Assembly (NCBI GenBank): GCA_043767805.1
Contig: JAYUGC010000011.1
Span: forward strand, 1 to 41,629
DNA: 41,629 nucleotides
Direction: 5' to 3'
From: Pseudomonadota bacterium
GTDB taxonomy: Bacteria; Bdellovibrionota; FAC87; UBA2466
Part shown: positions 36,496-41,629 of the stretch, one piece after another
How positions within the stretch are numbered: the first letter of the stretch is position 1
How the letters are laid out: every line of letters starts with the position of its first letter
Program-made: the position numbers and the translations under genes
The notes under the pieces: generated by a model
Seen by the model: only the letters and a program-made list of their open reading frames with translations
What the model was told of the DNA's origin: nothing
Databases searched by the model: none

Positions 36496-37875
36496 CTAGT
36501 CCGGTAAGGAGCCGATATAGCGTTCCTGATTCGGCTCGATCTTGGAGACGTTGCGATATCCCGAAAGACATTTTTCCGCGCGCCCCTGCGGGACCTTCAA
36601 GCGGTAGCCCTGTGGAATGAAGCCTTGTCCCGAGATGACCCAGTCGGTGAGCGCCGGATTATAGAGCGCGAGCTCTTGCGGCTTTACCGAGCAGGCATCC
36701 ACCATCTCGGAGAAGGGCACGTTGTCGGCCACGGGAACTTCCTCGAAGGCGATGGCGGAGTCGACGAGAATCTTTCCGAAGTGCGAGCGGTACTCCTTTT
36801 CCACTTCGAGAACCGCGAGGAACTCCGAGTAGAAGTTGGCGGAGGCAAACCCGAACGTCTCGGACTGATAGCGCTCGATGATTTCCGGAAGGGAATTCGT
36901 GCCGAGCTCCGCCGCGGCCCGTGCCATGCCTTCCGGGCCGTGGTTATAGGCGGTGATGGCCAGCGGCCAGGAGTTGAGCTTCTTGAAATTGCTTTCGAGA
37001 AGTTCCGCCGCGGCCCAAGAGGCACTTATCGGATCGTTTCTTTCGTCCACCGCTTTATCGACGCGCAGGTAGAGCTTTCCCGTGGAGCGCATGAACTGCC
37101 AGACACCCGAAGCGCCCACCTTAGAGCGAGCGGCCAGATTGAAGCTCGATTCCACCATGGGAAGCCGGGTGAGCTCTTTTGGGATCTTTTTCTTCTCGAA
37201 GGCTTCCATCATTTTGGTGAAATAGCGCCCGCCGAAAAAGAGGCCGCGCACCAGGCGATCGCGCTGCCCGGCCTGCGCCCGCACCTGCTTCGAGGCTTTT
37301 TTGAATTTCTCCGGATCCTTGCGCTCTTCGAATTTGCGAAAGATCGGAAAGAGCTCCAGCGGAATCTTCAAAGGGTCGTGCTGGTTCTCTTGTAAGAACA
37401 TTAGATTTTCCGCGATGCGTTTGCGGATGGGCTTCAAGAAGCGGCTGATGCGCCGGAGCTTCGCCCGCTCGGAAAGCTTGGGGTCCTTAGTGAACTGACT
37501 CACGTCGACCGCTTCGTAGATTACACTGGGGTCGGTGGAGTCGTGGAGCACCATCTGATCGCTGGTGTAGTCCGTGAAGATCTTTTTCCAGAACTCGACG
37601 CGTCGGCGAAGGCGAGGGGGTACGCTGAAAGTCTCGGCAGGATCGTAGCCGAGGGCGCCGTCCTGCACGCCGAAGGAAGGAAGCTCCATCTCTCGCAGCT
37701 GCCCGCCTTGATAGAGATCGAAATAAGCGGCGACACTTTTCGGATCCCGGTCGGGAGTTTCCACCGCGGCGAGCTCCTCGTCCGGCGCTTCCAGCGCGTA
37801 GGGCAGGGGCAAAATGGCGTGGGCGCGGAGTGCCGGGAAAAGCAGGCCAATCCAAAGTAAATGAGAAGCTTTCAT
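36496..37875 (-). CDS. Lytic transglycosylase (SLT/MltD-like)
   Basis: LPMVESSF, GASGVWQFM, DERNDP, AITAYNHG; signal peptide. Confidence 0.9.
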   Translation of the reverse strand: MKASHLLWIGLLFPALRAHAILPLPYALEAPDEELAAVETPDRDPKSVAAYFDLYQGGQLREMELPSFGVQDGALGYDPAETFSVPPRLRRRVEFWKKIFTDYTSDQMVLHDSTDPSVIYEAVDVSQFTKDPKLSERAKLRRISRFLKPIRKRIAENLMFLQENQHDPLKIPLELFPIFRKFEERKDPEKFKKASKQVRAQAGQRDRLVRGLFFGGRYFTKMMEAFEKKKIPKELTRLPMVESSFNLAARSKVGASGVWQFMRSTGKLYLRVDKAVDERNDPISASWAAAELLESNFKKLNSWPLAITAYNHGPEGMARAAAELGTNSLPEIIERYQSETFGFASANFYSEFLAVLEVEKEYRSHFGKILVDSAIAFEEVPVADNVPFSEMVDACSVKPQELALYNPALTDWVISGQGFIPQGYRLKVPQGRAEKCLSGYRNVSKIEPNQERYIGSLPD

Positions 37876-37881
37876 GGGATT

Positions 37882-39363
37882 TTACTTACGGGAAAATTTG
37901 GAAAGCGCTACGGCGACGCCGTCCGCCCAGCCGGTCATCCGGCCGTGCTTGAGCTTCGGATCGTTTAAGAGGACGGCGAACGCAATCAGCTCGCCGCCTT
38001 CGGTATCGAGATAACCAGCGAGCGCCGTCACGCCGTCCAGGGTGCCCGTCTTGCCGCGCACGGTGCTGCCCCTGGTTTTCGACGTGGGCAATCGGTTGCG
38101 AAGGGTGCCGTCTTCGCCGCCGATGCCGAGCGACGCTATGAACTCCGCCGACATCGAATGATCTTTCTGGGCGGCGGTCAGCACGGTGACAATGTGGCGC
38201 GGAGATACGGTCGTTCCGCGAGTCAGGCCGCTGCCGTCGATGATGGTGAAAGACTTACGAGGAACGCCGATGTCTTCGAGGACGTCGCTGAGCGCGGTGA
38301 GCCCCTTGGCCAAAGTGCCGGGAGGTCCCCAGACTTCCGCGCCGAGCTTTTTCATGAGCTGATCGGCGACGAAATTATTGCTGAACTTATTCATGCCCCA
38401 GACGATCTGCCAGATGGGCGTGGAGTCGAATTCCAGTACGAGCTTCGCGTTCGAGGGCACTTTGCCTTCGACGACGTTGCCTTTGAGTTCGAGCCCCCGG
38501 CGTTCCCAGAAAGTGCGGAACATGTGCGCCGTATAAAGCGCGGGGTTTACGATGTTGCGGTAGAAGCGGACTTCCTTGTGGTTTGTCGGAATCGAGCCAC
38601 GCAGCAGCACGGTGTCACCGATGTCTCCCTTTACGAAGCTCGTGCGCTTTACCGCCACCGTGTTCTCGCCGTCGGGCTTCCCGGTGGTAGCCTGGTTCAC
38701 AATGTCGATGTAGGAGTTGTCGGGATCCGTGTAGACGATGGGCGGCTTACCCACCTCTTCGGAAGGGCGGACGTAAATGGTCGTGGTGTTGAAATTGAAA
38801 GACAACGCGCCTACGGGTGCGTTGTAGGCCTGATCCTGCAAATAAGTTGGCCGCGTATCGGGAGTACGCTCTTCGTCATAGTAACTGGAATCGGCGACGA
38901 GGTTTCCGGTCAGGCTTTTGATCCCGGAACGGACCAGCTCGTTGACGAGCATCCACATGCGTTCCGACACGAGGCTCGGATCTCCGCCGCCCTTAAGATA
39001 AAGATCGCCAGTCAGCTTCCCGTCGACCAAGGAGCCGGTGCGATAGACCTGAGTCTTGAAGGCGCCCGTGGGCCCCATCTTTTTAAGCACCGCGTAGGAA
39101 GTGAAGAGCTTGCTGACGGAAGCCGGAATCAAAACTTTGTCGGCGTTGCGTTGATAGATGATGTCGCCCTTGGTGAGAGACACCGCCAGGATTCCGACTT
39201 TGAGGTTTTTCTTCCCCTCGGGAAGAATACTCTCGATTTCCTGTTTGACGCGCTGGGCTCCGCGGGAGGCGCCCGATTCTTCAGCCCGCGAGAAAGGCGT
39301 GCAAAAGCCTAGGCAGGCAATGCAAACCAAAAATCGGATAAAGGTCGGCCCGCCAATTTGCAT
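37882..39363 (-). CDS. dacB: D-Ala-D-Ala carboxypeptidase/endopeptidase (PBP4, S13)
   Basis: PASVSK (SxxK), GGGDP, SNN, DGSGL, KTGTL; start uncertain (39363 vs 39435). Confidence 0.92.
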   Translation of the reverse strand: MQIGGPTFIRFLVCIACLGFCTPFSRAEESGASRGAQRVKQEIESILPEGKKNLKVGILAVSLTKGDIIYQRNADKVLIPASVSKLFTSYAVLKKMGPTGAFKTQVYRTGSLVDGKLTGDLYLKGGGDPSLVSERMWMLVNELVRSGIKSLTGNLVADSSYYDEERTPDTRPTYLQDQAYNAPVGALSFNFNTTTIYVRPSEEVGKPPIVYTDPDNSYIDIVNQATTGKPDGENTVAVKRTSFVKGDIGDTVLLRGSIPTNHKEVRFYRNIVNPALYTAHMFRTFWERRGLELKGNVVEGKVPSNAKLVLEFDSTPIWQIVWGMNKFSNNFVADQLMKKLGAEVWGPPGTLAKGLTALSDVLEDIGVPRKSFTIIDGSGLTRGTTVSPRHIVTVLTAAQKDHSMSAEFIASLGIGGEDGTLRNRLPTSKTRGSTVRGKTGTLDGVTALAGYLDTEGGELIAFAVLLNDPKLKHGRMTGWADGVAVALSKFSRK

Positions 39364-39452
39364 GGATTTATATGTTTTACCTTGGGGGCGAAGGATTGGC
39401 CAGAACCTTCCGGTGGCCAGCGCGCGATCAATCACCTATCATGACTTAGCCG

Positions 39453-40427
39453 ATGGAAACTCCTCGCATTCTCCTCGTGGACGACGAGTCCGAGAACCTA
39501 AGGGCGCTCGAAAGAACGCTGCGCCCTAAATTTCAGGTCGTTTCCGTCGATAATCCCGCCGCCGCGCTGGACGCGCTGGCCAAGGAAAACTTCGCGGTGC
39601 TCGTGTCCGATCACAATATGCCGGGAATGCTCGGCACCGAGCTTTTGGCGAAAGCGTCGCTCATCAAGCCGAAAACGACGCGAGTGCTGCTCACCGCCTA
39701 CACCGAAACTAATATTTTGCTCGACGCGATCAACCGCGCGGAGATCTACCGCTATCTCACGAAACCTTGGGAAAATGCAGAGCTACTCTCCGTGGTTACC
39801 CAAGCCGCCGAGCGCCATCATTTGCTTAGCGAGAACGAAAGGCTCGTCACCGAGCTTAAAAGGCTGAACGAAGGATTGGAAAAGACGGTTCAGGAGCGTA
39901 CCGCCGATCTCACCGAAGCCAACGAGCGGTTGGCGAAGCTCGCCATGACCGATCCGCTCACGAAAATTTTGAACCGCCGGGCTTTCTTCGCGCGCTTTGC
40001 CGAAGAGGTGGAGCGCTCTCGCCGCTATTCTCGCGCGCTGGTCGTCGCCATGATCGACGTCGACCGATTCAAAGAGTTCAACGACATGGAAGGACACCTG
40101 CGCGGCGATGAGGCTTTAAAACGCATTGCCGCGACTCTACAAAGTAGCCTCCGCAAGACCGATCTCCTTGGCCGCTACGGCGGAGAGGAGTTCATAGTCG
40201 TCATGCCGGAAACGGGGCTCGCACCCGCGACGGAAACTTGCGAGCGCTTGAGAGTTGCCATTGAGGATCTCGAGTTCCAAGGAAAAGACGAGCCGGCTTA
40301 TCTTACGGTCAGCATCGGAGTCGCTTCTTATCCGGATCAGGGCAACACCATGGAGGCGCTGACGGAGTCCGCCGACCAAGCGCTGTACCAGGCCAAAAAT
40401 GGCGGCCGTAACCGAGTCGTGTACTAA
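39453..40427 (+). CDS. Response-regulator diguanylate cyclase (REC-coiled coil-GGDEF)
   Basis: LVDDE, SDHNMP, KPW; DPLT..NRR, RKTD I-site, RYGGEEF. Confidence 0.93.
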   Translation: METPRILLVDDESENLRALERTLRPKFQVVSVDNPAAALDALAKENFAVLVSDHNMPGMLGTELLAKASLIKPKTTRVLLTAYTETNILLDAINRAEIYRYLTKPWENAELLSVVTQAAERHHLLSENERLVTELKRLNEGLEKTVQERTADLTEANERLAKLAMTDPLTKILNRRAFFARFAEEVERSRRYSRALVVAMIDVDRFKEFNDMEGHLRGDEALKRIAATLQSSLRKTDLLGRYGGEEFIVVMPETGLAPATETCERLRVAIEDLEFQGKDEPAYLTVSIGVASYPDQGNTMEALTESADQALYQAKNGGRNRVVY

Positions 40428-40432
40428 ACGCC

Positions 40433-41137
40433 ATGCAACGCTTTCTCGTAGACGAAGCCCCTCGTCCCGGCGCCGAAATCATTCTCTCCCCCGACGAGTC
40501 CCGGCACTTAGCCACCGTGCTTCGCATGGAAGTCGGAGAGACGATTGTCGTCGCCGATGGCCAAGGTGGTGTCGCGCGCGCGGTGATTGCCGCGGTGTCT
40601 TCCAAAGGCACGCGCGTGCAGGTGGAAGCTTTGCTTTCTGTGGGCCCTCCGCCGCGAGTGTCTGTCGTCTTTGGCCTTCCGAAGCCTCCGGCTCTCGAGT
40701 TCATCTTGCGCCGTTGCGCTGAAGTGGGCGTCGATTGCCTTCAGCCGGTCCTCACCGACCGCTCGCAAAGATTCAACTCTTGGAACGAGGGTCGCTGGGA
40801 AAAAATCTTGAGGGAAGTGGCCAAGCAATGTGAGACGCCTTACTTCCCGAAGCTCGGCGAGCCTTTGCCGATGGCGAAATGGTTTGCGAGCCGGGAAGCG
40901 GGGAGGGGCCTTGCGGTTTGTGACGACGCGGATAGAACAGGCCGCGGGCTTGAGCGCCTCTCCGACGGTAAATGGGATCTGCTCATCGGCGCCGAAGGCG
41001 GCTGGAGCGACAAGGAAACCGAGGACCTCGCTTCCCGCGGCGCTCGCTCCATCGGCCTGGGTGAGCTGCGTCTGCGCACCGAAACCGCCGCCTTGGTGGG
41101 ACTCGTTTTCCTAAAGCGCGCGCTCGCCGAAATGTAG
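40433..41137 (+). CDS. rsmE: 16S rRNA m3U1498 methyltransferase
   Basis: HLATVLR, E.GV, KQC, IGAEGGWS, LGELRLRTETA. Confidence 0.92.
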   Translation: MQRFLVDEAPRPGAEIILSPDESRHLATVLRMEVGETIVVADGQGGVARAVIAAVSSKGTRVQVEALLSVGPPPRVSVVFGLPKPPALEFILRRCAEVGVDCLQPVLTDRSQRFNSWNEGRWEKILREVAKQCETPYFPKLGEPLPMAKWFASREAGRGLAVCDDADRTGRGLERLSDGKWDLLIGAEGGWSDKETEDLASRGARSIGLGELRLRTETAALVGLVFLKRALAEM

Positions 41138-41142
41138 CTGGC

Positions 41143-41628
41143 TCACGTCGCCGGCCGGCGGTGGGAAAGCGTCGTCGACGCTTGGTCGGTCGGGTAGAGC
41201 ACGATCTCCCGGATGTTCACGTGCTTCGGACGGCTCACGCTCCACACGATGGTTTCCGCGATGTCTTGCGCGGTAAGCGGAGTCAGGCCCGCATAAACCG
41301 CGTCGGCCTTCTGCTTATCGCCGAACCGCACGAGGCTAAACTCCGTATTGACCATGCCTGGGGAAATTTCCGTCACGCGAATGCCGGTGCCGTTCAGATC
41401 CCAGCGCAGAGATTCCGTTAGCATTGCGACCGCCGCTTTGGAAGCCGCGTACACATTGCCTTTGGGGTAGGGCCATCGTCCGGCGACGGATCCCAGGTTC
41501 ACGATATGCCCCGCTTTCTTTTCCAAGAAAAAGGGCAGTAAGGCGCGCGTGAAATACAGCACGCCCTTGATGTTGGTATCGAGGGTGACGTCCCAATCGT
41601 CGGGATTACCGTCTTGCAGGAGAGAGAG
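41143..41628 (-). CDS. SDR oxidoreductase (YdfG-like), 5'-truncated by window end
   Basis: DTNIKG, NLGS, YAASK, PGMVNTEFS.VRF, P.HVNI; frame open to the window end. Confidence 0.9.
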   Translation of the reverse strand, partial: LSLLQDGNPDDWDVTLDTNIKGVLYFTRALLPFFLEKKAGHIVNLGSVAGRWPYPKGNVYAASKAAVAMLTESLRWDLNGTGIRVTEISPGMVNTEFSLVRFGDKQKADAVYAGLTPLTAQDIAETIVWSVSRPKHVNIREIVLYPTDQASTTLSHRRPAT

Positions 41629-41629
41629 A

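Noticed and set aside
38158..39312. 384-aa plus-strand ORF
   Set aside because: Antisense shadow of dacB.
1..41629. CRISPR array, cas or anti-phage defence genes, rRNA
   Set aside because: No regularly spaced direct repeats or recognisable motifs were seen. The Met-rich codon repeats are protein low complexity.

Overview
Bacterial genomic DNA with two parts. The lineage is inferred as Bdellovibrionota/deltaproteobacteria-like from gene content only. (1) Positions <1 to ~17325 form a genomic island that ends at the 3' end of a tRNA-Ala(CGC) gene, next to a divergent tyrosine integrase. Its cargo is a heptaheme cytochrome c, a GH144-type glucanase, copper-resistance genes (CopA multicopper oxidase, CopB, a P1B Cu-ATPase, a YHS protein), gnd, and a fused zwf-pgl gene. 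It also carries three paralogous Met/Cys-rich exported proteins, two paralogous lipoproteins and a decayed istB fragment. Most island transcription units are preceded by sigma54-type -24/-12 motifs. (2) Positions 17521-41629 look like chromosomal backbone: gshA, a trypsin-like lipoprotein, DUF488, DUF3820, namZ/slt/dacB, a REC-GGDEF protein, rsmE and an SDR. The standout is a ~14 kb cluster (20847-35025) in which every enzyme has an N-terminal signal-peptide-like segment. This includes enzymes that are normally cytoplasmic: a eukaryote-type UDP-glucose pyrophosphorylase, a GT28 glycolipid synthase, an HX5D acyltransferase and a 1208-aa GT28 + papain-like + acyltransferase fusion. The cluster also holds ceramidase, GH1, Notum-like and esterase hydrolases. 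The four biosynthetic proteins share a short terminal Cys-x(1-3)-F/Y-x-x-L/V motif. This is a candidate undescribed exported glycolipid synthesis/remodelling system. A 5' fragment of a class C group II intron and a 26-bp perfect palindrome follow the cluster terminator. All calls come from reading motifs by eye; no searches were run.
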